A stretch of 64,000 bases of DNA from an uncultured Eubacteriales bacterium (GTDB taxonomy: Bacteria; Bacillota; Clostridia; Christensenellales; CAG-138), in NCBI GenBank assembly GCA_900540495.1, contig UQGA01000007.1:1662-65661 (forward strand), read 5' to 3'. The notes under the pieces were generated by a model that was not told the origin of the DNA, made no database searches, and saw only the letters and a program-made list of their open reading frames with translations. Both the position numbers and the translations under genes were made by a program. Shown here piece by piece: positions 1 through 8,387 of the stretch. Position 1 is the stretch's first letter; each line of letters starts with the position of its first letter.

Positions 1-10
1 CAAGAATGAG

Positions 11-39
11 AAAAACGGCATAGCCGAAGCTATACCGTT
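11..39 (-). terminator. Rho-independent terminator downstream of tRNA-Ala
   Basis: Hairpin aacggcatagc/cgaa/gctataccgtt (14-39). On the minus strand it is followed by a T-run (plus-strand aaaaa at 11-15). Confidence 0.7.
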
Positions 40-98
40 TCTCTCTTGCCCCACGATGTTTTCTTATCGGGATGTGCCTTGCAGCACGTCCTTTCTGT

Positions 99-175
99 TG
101 GTGGAGCTTACCGGATTCGAACCGGTGATCTCTACACTGCCAGTGTAGCGCGATAGCCAACTTCGCTAAAGCCCC
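99..175 (-). tRNA. tRNA-Ala (anticodon GGC), CCA encoded
   Basis: The reverse complement folds as a 77-nt cloverleaf: acceptor GGGGCTT/AAGCTCC with the G3:U70 Ala identity pair, D arm GCGA/TCGC, anticodon stem CTACA/TGTAG with loop CTGGCAG, T arm ACCGG-TTCGAAT-CCGGT, discriminator A plus CCA. Confidence 0.9.
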
Positions 176-229
176 AAATCGCGTCTCCCTGCGGGCAAGG
201 CCGTACATATCGACTCAAACGCAAATGTT

Positions 230-258
230 ATTATAGAGTATCGTCGGCAATTTGTAAA
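230..258 (-). promoter_or_regulatory. Sigma-A type promoter for tRNA-Ala
   Basis: Minus strand reads TTTACA-17 nt-TATAAT. The -35 is at 253-258 and the -10 at 230-235, about 50 nt upstream of the tRNA 5' end. Confidence 0.6.
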
Positions 259-334
259 GATTTTTTTCTTCATTCGGCCGGAGAAGGCGGGGAATTGCCC
301 GGGTTGGTACAAATGTATGAATTTTTTTGGGAAT

Positions 335-365
335 TTCACACAACGCCCGGCGAGTATGGTATACT
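335..365 (+). promoter_or_regulatory. Possible extended -10 promoter for the PBP gene
   Basis: TGgTATACT at 357-365 with a weak -35 TTCACA at 335-340. The 19-nt spacer is long. Confidence 0.35.
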
Positions 366-437
366 ACGCAAGTGTAGGCCGCCGGATCATATGGCCGCTT
401 TGTCCGTATGGAGAAGGTGGGAAAAGGAGTTTTGTTG

Positions 438-3263
438 ATGCCTGATTTTCGCGGCTTTTTTTCCAAATTGCGAAAAAAGCTTGTAAAAGAAGAAACGTCC
501 ACCGCACTCTCGCCGGAGGTTCGACCGGCAGGCAGGCAGCCGTTGTTCCTGAACCGGCGGCCCAGGCAGCCCTTCGCGCTGGCGGTGCTGTTTACGACGT
601 TGAAGCTGCTTGTTTTTGCGTTCGTCGTCATCTGTTTTGCCGGGCTGGGCGTTGCGGTCGGCATCGGCAAGGCGTATATCGAAACGGCGCCGGAGATCGA
701 CGTGGCGCAGCTCACCATCTCCGATCGCACGTCCTTCCTGTATGATAAGGACGGCAAACTCATTACGTCAATCGCGGACGTGGAGTACCGCGACTGGACG
801 GATATCGAGGACATCCCGGATATGCTCAAGAACGCGTTTATCGCGGTGGAGGACGTCCGGTTTTACAAGCATTCGGGCGTGGACTTCAAGCGCCTGTTTT
901 CCGCCGCGCTTGAGATTCTCGGCAATACGAATTCCTCCGGCGGCAGCACCATTACGCAGCAGCTGATCAAGAACAAGATCCTCGGCACGCAGCGCAACTA
1001 CAAGCGCAAGATCCAGGAGGCGTATTTGGCGCTGCAGCTGGAGAAGATGATCAGCAAGGACGATATCCTGGAGGCATACCTCAACGATATCTACCTGGGC
1101 GAATCGAACTACGGCGTCAAGACCGCCGCGATGGACTATTTCGGCAAGGAGCTGTCCGAACTGACCATCCGCGAATGCGCGATGCTCGCCGGCATGAACC
1201 AGAGCCCGTACAACTATAACCCGCGCCGGAACATGTACGTGCGCGACATGATGGAGATTACCGATAATCGTACCGACCTCGTGCTCGGGCGCATGTATCA
1301 GGCCGGCTACATCAACAGCGAGCAATACGAGGCCGCCCTCGTGGAGGAGGTTTATATCCTCGAGGAGAGCGAGCAGAAGCAGATGTACGACATGGCATAT
1401 TTTGTCGAGTACGCCATTTACGACGTGGTCACGCATCTGCTGGATCAGCGCGGGCTGGCCAATACCAAGGAGAACCGCGACGCCGTGGAGAACGAGCTGC
1501 GCACGGGCGGCTACCACATCTATACCACGGTCGATCCGGACATACAGAACACCGTGCAGGATACCCTGGCGAACTGGGACGGCTATCCCACGCTGGCGGA
1601 CAGCAGCAAGGGCGTCGTGGAGGAAACCATGGCCGACGGCGCGGTGATTACGACCGTGCAACCGCAGGCTGCCGCCGTGGTGATCGACTACCATACCGGC
1701 GAACTGCGCGCCGTGGTCGGCGGGCGCGAGGAACCGCAGATCCGGCGCGGACAGAACCGCGCCTACCAGAGCTATACGGAGGTCGGCTCGGCCATCAAAC
1801 CGTTGTCGGTCTATGGGCCGGCGCTTGATCTGGGCGTCTCCCCGGCGACCATCGTGGCGAATATGGACGGCAGGATCGAGGGCTGGGATACGCCGACGGG
1901 CTATCCGTCCGGCGGGCTCAAGAGTCGCTACGGTCCGGTCACCGTCCGGCGGGGCATCATGTCGTCGCTCAATGTTGTCGCGGCGCGCGTGCTCATGCAG
2001 TACGTGGGGGTGGACGTGGCCGCCGATTACCTGCTTCAGCTCGGCGCGACCGAGAGCAAGATCAACCGCGACGGTTCCGGCCTGGCGCTGGGCACCTCCG
2101 GCCTGACGCCCATCCAGATGGCCGCCGCCTACGGCACCATCGCTTCCGGCGGCGTCTACCGGGAACCGCTTTCCTTCACCAAGGTGATCGACTCCGACGG
2201 CAACGTGATTCTCGATGCGGACGTCGTGCGCGATACGCATCGCGTCTATCAGGAGTCCACCGCGTATTTGCTCGTAGACATGCTGACCGACGCCGTGCAA
2301 TCCGGCACCGGCACCAAGGCGAAGATCGACGGCATGACCGTCGCCGGCAAGACGGGCACCAACTCGGATTATGCGAGCGTGTATTTTGCGGGCATGACGC
2401 CTTACTATGCCGCGACCGTCTGGATCGGGCACGATTACCCGGCCAACAAGCTCAAGGAGGGCGCCGACGGCGGCACCTATGCGGCGCCGCTCTGGAAGGC
2501 GTTCATGGAAAAGATCCACGAATCGCTGGAGGACAAGGAGATCATTGACGTGGACCCCGCTTCGCTTGGCCTGGTCAAGTGTACGGTCTGCTCGGTATCC
2601 GGCCTGCTGGCCACGGAGGCCTGTAACGACGACGAGGATCACAAGCCCGTAACGGACTGGTTCGTTTCCGCGAACCGGCCGACGCAGTATTGCGACATGC
2701 ATGTGACGGTGTCCGTGTGTACGGAATCCAATGCCGTTGCGACGCCGTTCTGCCCGGAGGAATCCGTCCAGACCCAGAGCCTGATCCTCGTGCGGCCCGG
2801 CTCGCAGTTCTATGATTTTGAGGACGAGTACCTTTTCAAGGGCCTGCCGAGCGCCGTTCGCACCGACCTCAGCACCGAGGCGTATCTGGCGTCGCTGCCC
2901 ACCTGCACCGTCCATTCGGAGAGCTCGCTGGGGATCTTTGAACTCAAGACGCGCGCCGAGCAGCTCATTTCGGAGGTGCTCGGGTATCTGGCGGATGCGA
3001 CGGGCCTTGACGAGGCTTCGCGCACCCTGCTCAACAACGATATCGCCGCGCTGCAGACGGCGCTCACCGGTTATGATTTTGCCCAGATCGAGCCGCTGCT
3101 CAACACCCTTTCGAGCGACTTTGCCCGCATCCAGGGCGGCGGTACCGGCGACGATGATGGCGCCGGTGGCGATACCGGCGACGATGATGGCGCCGGCGGG
3201 GATGCCGGCGGCGATGATAGCGCCGGCGGGGATACCGGCGGCGAGCCGCAACCGGTGGCATGA
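438..3263 (+). CDS. Class A penicillin-binding protein (bifunctional glycosyltransferase/transpeptidase, PBP1A-like)
   Basis: N-terminal TM segment. GT51 motifs EDVRFYKHSGVD, GGSTITQQL and RKIQEAYLALQLE. Transpeptidase motifs SAIKP (SxxK), SLN (SxN) and KTGT. AAGGAG RBS lies 8 nt before the ATG at 438; the ATG at 408 is an in-frame alternative. Confidence 0.9.
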   Translation: MPDFRGFFSKLRKKLVKEETSTALSPEVRPAGRQPLFLNRRPRQPFALAVLFTTLKLLVFAFVVICFAGLGVAVGIGKAYIETAPEIDVAQLTISDRTSFLYDKDGKLITSIADVEYRDWTDIEDIPDMLKNAFIAVEDVRFYKHSGVDFKRLFSAALEILGNTNSSGGSTITQQLIKNKILGTQRNYKRKIQEAYLALQLEKMISKDDILEAYLNDIYLGESNYGVKTAAMDYFGKELSELTIRECAMLAGMNQSPYNYNPRRNMYVRDMMEITDNRTDLVLGRMYQAGYINSEQYEAALVEEVYILEESEQKQMYDMAYFVEYAIYDVVTHLLDQRGLANTKENRDAVENELRTGGYHIYTTVDPDIQNTVQDTLANWDGYPTLADSSKGVVEETMADGAVITTVQPQAAAVVIDYHTGELRAVVGGREEPQIRRGQNRAYQSYTEVGSAIKPLSVYGPALDLGVSPATIVANMDGRIEGWDTPTGYPSGGLKSRYGPVTVRRGIMSSLNVVAARVLMQYVGVDVAADYLLQLGATESKINRDGSGLALGTSGLTPIQMAAAYGTIASGGVYREPLSFTKVIDSDGNVILDADVVRDTHRVYQESTAYLLVDMLTDAVQSGTGTKAKIDGMTVAGKTGTNSDYASVYFAGMTPYYAATVWIGHDYPANKLKEGADGGTYAAPLWKAFMEKIHESLEDKEIIDVDPASLGLVKCTVCSVSGLLATEACNDDEDHKPVTDWFVSANRPTQYCDMHVTVSVCTESNAVATPFCPEESVQTQSLILVRPGSQFYDFEDEYLFKGLPSAVRTDLSTEAYLASLPTCTVHSESSLGIFELKTRAEQLISEVLGYLADATGLDEASRTLLNNDIAALQTALTGYDFAQIEPLLNTLSSDFARIQGGGTGDDDGAGGDTGDDDGAGGDAGGDDSAGGDTGGEPQPVA
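3141..3245 (+). repeat. 30-bp in-frame tandem repeat (about 3.5 units) encoding a G/D-rich PBP tail
   Basis: Units ggtaccggcgacgatgatggcgccggtggc / gataccggcgacgatgatggcgccggcggg / gatgccggcggcgatgatagcgccggcggg plus a partial unit. They encode GTGDDDGAGGDTGDDDGAGGDAGGDDSAGGDTGG. Confidence 0.9.
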
Positions 3264-3916
3264 GCGGCGCCGCGCTGTTGCAGCAACGATATGCGGCGGA
3301 GCGGGAGCGGCTGCTTGCGCGCGCGGCGGACGACGCGCCTGCGGGCGAATACGCAAGTCCGGTGTTCGGGGAAGGCGCGGCGCAGCCGACCGTGATGTTT
3401 GTCGGCGAGGCCCCGGGCGCGGAAGAGACGCGCTTGGGACGGCCTTTCGTCGGAAGGGCGGGCAGGCAGCTCGACGCGCTGCTGCTCTCGGCGGCGATCG
3501 ATCGCAGCGCCGCCTATGTGACCAACGTTGTCAAATATCGTCCCGTCGTGCGCGGCGCGCACGGCGCGCGCAATCGCACGCCCGGCCGTGCAGAGGTTAC
3601 TGACGCGCTGCCGCTGCTCCTTGTGGAAATTCAGACGCTCGTACCGCAGGTGATCGTGACGCTGGGCAACGTGCCGCTCGGCGCGCTGCTGGCGCTGGCC
3701 GATGCGGCGCCGGGTTCCATCGGTTCGCTGCACGGCAGGCCGATACCCCTGCGCCTTGACGGCGCCGTTCGTACGCTGTTCCCGCTCTACCACCCGGCAA
3801 GCGCCATCTACAACCGGTCGCTGCTGCCGGTGCTAGAGGCGGACGTGCGCGCACTTGGTGAACATTTGGTGAAACGGGTCGGAACTTGCGGCGCCGGCCA
3901 TAAAACTATGATATAA
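3260..3916 (+). CDS. Uracil-DNA glycosylase, family 4
   Basis: Motifs FVGEAPGAEE and PLYHPASAIYN are typical of family-4 UDG. The start overlaps the PBP stop (ATGA). Confidence 0.8.
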   Translation: MSGAALLQQRYAAERERLLARAADDAPAGEYASPVFGEGAAQPTVMFVGEAPGAEETRLGRPFVGRAGRQLDALLLSAAIDRSAAYVTNVVKYRPVVRGAHGARNRTPGRAEVTDALPLLLVEIQTLVPQVIVTLGNVPLGALLALADAAPGSIGSLHGRPIPLRLDGAVRTLFPLYHPASAIYNRSLLPVLEADVRALGEHLVKRVGTCGAGHKTMI

Positions 3917-3978
3917 TCGGAGACACAATCAAAGTCACGATTTGACGTTTGAAACCAGTCCGGGAGGAGAACAGGAAC

Positions 3979-4659
3979 ATGGCACAGAAGATTTTAATTG
4001 CAGACGACGATCAGATCGTCCACGAGGCGCTTGGCATCTATCTTAAGGCGGAGGGCTTTGAACCCGTGGATGCGTTCGATGGGGAGGAAGCGCTCGCCGC
4101 GATCACGCCGGAGATCGTACTCTGCGTGCTCGACATCATGATGCCCAAAATGTCCGGCATTGAGGTTTGCCGCGAAATCCGGAAGAATTCGCAGTTGCCG
4201 ATCCTCATGCTGACGGCCAAGGGAGAGGAGATCGACCGGATCGTGGGGCTGGAGCTGGGGGCGGACGATTATATTGTCAAGCCGTTCAGCCCGCGCGAGG
4301 TCGTCGCCCGCATCAAGGCGGTGCTGCGGCGCACGAGCGAACAGCCCAAGAGTGACAACAGCGTCATCAACTATAACGGCCTGACCATCGACCTCAAGAG
4401 CTATACCGTCACGCTGCGCGGCGAGCCGGTCATCTGCACGCCCAAGGAGATCGAAATTCTGTATATGCTTGCGTCCAACCCGGGGCAGGTGTTTACGCGC
4501 GAGCAGCTCCTTTCCCGCGTTTGGGGGTACGATTTTGCAGGCGAGACCCGCACGGTCGATACGCACATCAAGCGCATCCGTGCAAAGCTCGACTCCACGG
4601 GCCTTGGCTGGAGCATCAAAACGATTTACGGCGTGGGCTATAAGTTCGAGGTCGAATGA
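3979..4659 (+). CDS. OmpR-family response regulator (TCS-1)
   Basis: Receiver domain (ILIADDD, DIMMPKMSG, LTAKG) plus a winged-helix C-terminus (TVDTHIKRIRAKL, GVGYKF). GGGAGGAG RBS precedes the ATG at 3979. Confidence 0.9.
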   Translation: MAQKILIADDDQIVHEALGIYLKAEGFEPVDAFDGEEALAAITPEIVLCVLDIMMPKMSGIEVCREIRKNSQLPILMLTAKGEEIDRIVGLELGADDYIVKPFSPREVVARIKAVLRRTSEQPKSDNSVINYNGLTIDLKSYTVTLRGEPVICTPKEIEILYMLASNPGQVFTREQLLSRVWGYDFAGETRTVDTHIKRIRAKLDSTGLGWSIKTIYGVGYKFEVE

Positions 4660-6575
4660 ACCCGATCCGCAGCGTCTTTTTCTGGCGCGTACTGATCATT
4701 CTCATCATTGCGCTGCTGCTGGCGAACGTGGTAGCTTTGGGGGCCTATTCGTATATTGGCCGGAATACGTACCTCTCCATCGAGATGGACAATCTCGAAC
4801 CGGAGGCCGAGATCACCAGACAGATCTATGAGGAGTACAAAAACGGGAACCTGTCCGAGGATGGGTTTTCGCGCCTGATCGACAAGCAGACCATCGCCAG
4901 CCAGTCGGCCGTGCTCATAGCGGACGAGCTGGGCAAGACGCTCATCGCCAGCTACATCGGCAGCGACGTGGAGGTGGCGGACTTCGGCGCGTACTTTGAT
5001 GCGGAAAAGCAGCACGTGCTGCGCGGCCAGACGGTCAAGAGCGATAATCTCGTGCTGCTGAACGGGGAATCGGCTATCAGCGTGGGCGTGCCTATCCGGG
5101 ATCAGAGCGGCAACGTAACCGGCGGCATATTCATCATCAAACAGACCAAGCGCATCCAGTCCGCCTATTCGCGCCTGAACGATGTGCTCGCGCTGACGAT
5201 CCTGATCGTGTTTCCGCTCATCATGGTGCTTGCTGCGTACAGCACCAACCGCGTTTCCCGCCCGCTCAGCGCGATGGCGAACGTTGCCATCGCCATGTCG
5301 AAGGGCGATTTTGACGTGCGCGCGGACGAGACGGCCGTGGGCGAGGTGGGCATTCTGGCGCGGGCGCTCAACACGCTCTGTGAGAATCTTTCGCAGACGA
5401 TCTATCAGCTGCGCAGCGAAAAACGGCAGCTCAACCACATCCTGTCCAGCTTCAGCGACGGCGTCGCCGCCGTGGACAGCATTGGTTGCCTGACACATTA
5501 TAACCCCGCCCTCAAAAACATGTTTGGAGCGGTCGAGGTCAACACACCGATGGATCTGGTGCCGGACGAGGCCGTTTGGCGGGTGTTCCATGACGTGTTC
5601 AATACCCGCGAGGCGCAGACGATGCACTATGAGATGCCGGGCGACCGCAAGCTCTGGATCTCCATCGTTCCGGTCATCAGCGAGGAGGGCGTTTGCACGG
5701 GCGTGGTCGGGCTGTTTAAGGACGTGACGGAGTTTGAACGGCTGGAGCAGACGAGGCGGGACTATGTGGCCAACGTCAGCCACGAGCTGCGCACGCCGTT
5801 GACCGCCGTGCGCGGCCTGCTTGAGCCGTTGGCCGACGGCATGATCAAGGACGAGGAAACGCGGCAGCGATACTATCAGGTCATGCTGCACGAGGTTTTG
5901 CGCCTTTCGCGCCTCATCACGGATCTGCTGCAGCTTTCCCGCCTGCAATCCGGCACCGAATATATGGAGGTGGCGGCGGTTGATGTGTCCGAGCTGCTCG
6001 CGGAGATCCACGAGAACTATCTGCACGAAGCCAACCAGCGCGGCATCCGGCTGATACTCGACGCGGACAACCTGCCCTACGCCATGACCGACCGCGACAG
6101 GATCGAACAGATCCTCGTCATTCTGATCGACAACGCCATGCGCTATACGCCCAAGGGCGGCTCCATCACGCTCTCCGCCACGGCCGGCGAGCTCATCATC
6201 GTGTCCGTATCCGATACCGGCTGCGGCATCGCCGCCGCAGACCTGCCGCATCTGTTCGAGCGGTTCTACAAGGTGGACAAATCCCGCAAGGAGGGCGGCA
6301 CAGGACTCGGCCTGTCCATTGCCAAACAGATCATCGACAAGCTTGGCGAGCGCATCTATGTGGAGAGCACCGTGGGCGAAGGCACGAGCTTCCACTTTAC
6401 GCTCAAGCGCTATGTCAGCAACGCCATCGCCCTTGGCCCGAGCTCATCGAACGTCATCTATTCCAACGATGAAACGCCTGCTTCCGGGGAGCGGGCCGAT
6501 TCCGAGGATGCGCCCTACGAGGTCATTTCCCCACGCCACACCCGGGGCCGCGGGGCGCGCCGCAAACAGCAGTAG
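4656..6575 (+). CDS. Sensor histidine kinase (TCS-1), TM-sensor/HAMP/PAS/HisKA/HATPase
   Basis: H-box VSHELRTPLT, N/G boxes (IDNAMRYTP, DTGCGI, GGTGLGLSI) and two TM segments. ATGA overlap with the regulator gene. Confidence 0.9.
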   Translation: MNPIRSVFFWRVLIILIIALLLANVVALGAYSYIGRNTYLSIEMDNLEPEAEITRQIYEEYKNGNLSEDGFSRLIDKQTIASQSAVLIADELGKTLIASYIGSDVEVADFGAYFDAEKQHVLRGQTVKSDNLVLLNGESAISVGVPIRDQSGNVTGGIFIIKQTKRIQSAYSRLNDVLALTILIVFPLIMVLAAYSTNRVSRPLSAMANVAIAMSKGDFDVRADETAVGEVGILARALNTLCENLSQTIYQLRSEKRQLNHILSSFSDGVAAVDSIGCLTHYNPALKNMFGAVEVNTPMDLVPDEAVWRVFHDVFNTREAQTMHYEMPGDRKLWISIVPVISEEGVCTGVVGLFKDVTEFERLEQTRRDYVANVSHELRTPLTAVRGLLEPLADGMIKDEETRQRYYQVMLHEVLRLSRLITDLLQLSRLQSGTEYMEVAAVDVSELLAEIHENYLHEANQRGIRLILDADNLPYAMTDRDRIEQILVILIDNAMRYTPKGGSITLSATAGELIIVSVSDTGCGIAAADLPHLFERFYKVDKSRKEGGTGLGLSIAKQIIDKLGERIYVESTVGEGTSFHFTLKRYVSNAIALGPSSSNVIYSNDETPASGERADSEDAPYEVISPRHTRGRGARRKQQ

Positions 6576-6699
6576 CGGAGCCGCCGGCGGGGCGGAAGGG
6601 CCGTTTCGGCCTGTTTTCGCGCCGGTCCGGCAGGCTCCCGTATGTTTGGCCCCCTTTTCGCATATGCTGTGACAGGCACTTGCGGGGAGGGGGGTCTTT

Positions 6700-7590
6700 A
6701 TGGAGTACAGGCGGCGCAGGCGGCGGCCGAACGCCGGGCGGCAGCGCAACACGCTGCTCGGCGCGGCCATCTGTATTCTGCTCGTATCGGCGGCGGTGGT
6801 CTACCTTGTGGGGATATCGGATGCCGGCACTTGGCTGGCCGAACACGTGGTGGCGCCCGTGTTCCGCACGCTTGGCGTCGGCGGGACTGCGGAGGAAGGG
6901 ACGGATGCGCAGGAGAGCGCGGCCGGACAGACCGGGGCGCGGCTGCTCGAGCTGCCGGAACTGCGGTGTTATGCGCTGCAGATGGGCGTATACGCCTCGG
7001 AAACGAACGCCGAAAAGCAGGCCGTGGAGCTGCAATCCGTCGGCGCCGGCGGCTATATCCTTCAGGAGGAAGACCGTTATCGCGTGCTGGCCGCCGCATA
7101 CGCGACGGAGGACGATCTGCAACAGGTGCGCAGCCAGCTTTCCGACGAGGGCCTTGACAGCGCAGGCCATGTGATTGCTTCGCTGCCGTGCCGGCTTGTC
7201 GTGACCGGTACGGAGTCCCAGGTCGAGACGCTTTCCGCCGTGCTCGACGGCCTGGTTGGCCTGCAGGGGCAACTGACGGAGCTGGCCATCGAATTCGACC
7301 GGGAACAGCTGGCCGTCGAGGCCGGCAAGAGCAGTCTGGCGGCGCTCGTGCGGACGGTGGAGGGGTATCTGGCGGACGTTGCCGCCGTATCGACCGAGCA
7401 GCCGGTGCTGGCCTGCCTGTCGGACTGTTGCCGGTCGATCCTCGCGCAGTTTGAAAAGGCCGACGCCCTGCCGGAGGATGACAGGGCCGCCTTTACGGCC
7501 TATCTCAAGTATACCTGCATCCACTGCGCCGAAGCATATTGTGATTTCTGCGACACGGTGGCGGCGCTCGGCGGGACGGACAGCGCATAA
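6700..7590 (+). CDS. Membrane-anchored SPOR-domain protein
   Basis: Arg-rich N-terminus plus one TM segment. SPOR-like segment YALQMGVYASETNAEKQAVELQSVGAGGYILQEEDRYRVLAAAY. G-rich RBS before the ATG. Confidence 0.65.
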   Translation: MEYRRRRRRPNAGRQRNTLLGAAICILLVSAAVVYLVGISDAGTWLAEHVVAPVFRTLGVGGTAEEGTDAQESAAGQTGARLLELPELRCYALQMGVYASETNAEKQAVELQSVGAGGYILQEEDRYRVLAAAYATEDDLQQVRSQLSDEGLDSAGHVIASLPCRLVVTGTESQVETLSAVLDGLVGLQGQLTELAIEFDREQLAVEAGKSSLAALVRTVEGYLADVAAVSTEQPVLACLSDCCRSILAQFEKADALPEDDRAAFTAYLKYTCIHCAEAYCDFCDTVAALGGTDSA

Positions 7591-7623
7591 TTTTGGACAA
7601 AATAAGGACAATTGTGGCATGGC

Positions 7624-7651
7624 AAAGCGCATGATTTACATGCGCTTTTTG
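7624..7651 (+). terminator. Rho-independent terminator after the SPOR gene
   Basis: aaagcgcatg-attta-catgcgcttt followed by a T-run. Confidence 0.65.
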
Positions 7652-7663
7652 CTGCATTATAAT
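7635..7663 (+). promoter_or_regulatory. Sigma-A promoter for TCS-2
   Basis: TTTACA (7635-7640), 17-nt spacer, TATAAT (7658-7663), about 30 nt before the RBS AAAGGAGGAGGG. Confidence 0.65.
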
Positions 7664-7694
7664 AAGTCGTGTAAACAAAGGAGGAGGGAACGCC

Positions 7695-8387
7695 ATGGCA
7701 AAAACACCGCACATCCTGATCTGTGACGACCAGCCGATCATCCACGAGACGCTCGGCGTGTATCTCGACAACGAGGGCTTCCGCCATTCCTCCGCCTTCG
7801 ACGGCAATCAGGCGCTGCAGATGGCGCAGACGGAATCGCCGGATCTGATTCTGCTCGACGTGATGATGCCCGGCATGACGGGGACGGACGTGTGCCGTGA
7901 GATCCGAAAGACCAGCGCCGTGCCGATCATCATGCTCACGGCCAAGGGCGAGGAGATTGATCGCGTGCTGGGGTTGGAATTTGGGGCGGATGATTATCTC
8001 GTCAAGCCGTTTTCCGCACGCGAGCTGATCGCGCGCATCAAGGCGGTGTTGCGCCGCTCCAATGCGGCGCCGGTGCAGGAGGAGGGGCAGACCGTCCGGC
8101 TGGACGATCTGGAGATCAGCCTTTCCAATTACGAGGTGCGCATCGGCGGCAAACCGGTTGAGTTTACGCCGAAGGAGGTTGAGATCCTGTATCTGCTCGC
8201 GTCGCATCCCGGCCGCGTGTTTGACCGCGAGCAGATTCTTTCAAAGGTGTGGGGCTATGATTACTTCGGCGATACGCGCGCCGTGGACACGCAGATCAAG
8301 CGCATTCGCCAGAAGATGCCGGCGGATTGCCGCTGGGGTGTGCGCACGGTGTATGGCGTTGGATATAAGTTTGGCTTGACGGAATGA
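7695..8387 (+). CDS. OmpR-family response regulator (TCS-2)
   Basis: Receiver plus winged-helix motifs (ILICDDQ, DVMMPGMTG, LTAKG, AVDTQIKRIRQKM, GVGYKF). Confidence 0.9.
   Translation: MAKTPHILICDDQPIIHETLGVYLDNEGFRHSSAFDGNQALQMAQTESPDLILLDVMMPGMTGTDVCREIRKTSAVPIIMLTAKGEEIDRVLGLEFGADDYLVKPFSARELIARIKAVLRRSNAAPVQEEGQTVRLDDLEISLSNYEVRIGGKPVEFTPKEVEILYLLASHPGRVFDREQILSKVWGYDYFGDTRAVDTQIKRIRQKMPADCRWGVRTVYGVGYKFGLTE

Noticed and set aside
3141-3245. Tandem direct repeats here and at 17681-17740, 31813-31980 and 37434-37583, considered as possible CRISPR or other non-coding arrays.
   Set aside because: All are in frame inside clear CDSs and encode low-complexity peptide repeats. They have no spacer-like unique segments and no cas genes.
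768-3356. Very long antisense ORFs opposite clearly identified genes. Examples: 768..3356(-), 4638..6395(-), 6523..7632(-), 8396..9481(-), 17422..19332(-), 19357..20694(-), 23767..25788(-), 24732..26510(-), 26580..28016(-), 31459..32982(-), 34129..35688(-), 35508..37418(-), 50506..52350(-), 55582..57144(+), 58904..60814(-), 61906..63495(-).
   Set aside because: Each lies opposite a gene with unambiguous family motifs. Their translations are Arg/Ala/Gly/Pro-rich with no recognisable motifs and no RBS. Stop-codon-poor antisense frames are expected in GC-rich DNA.
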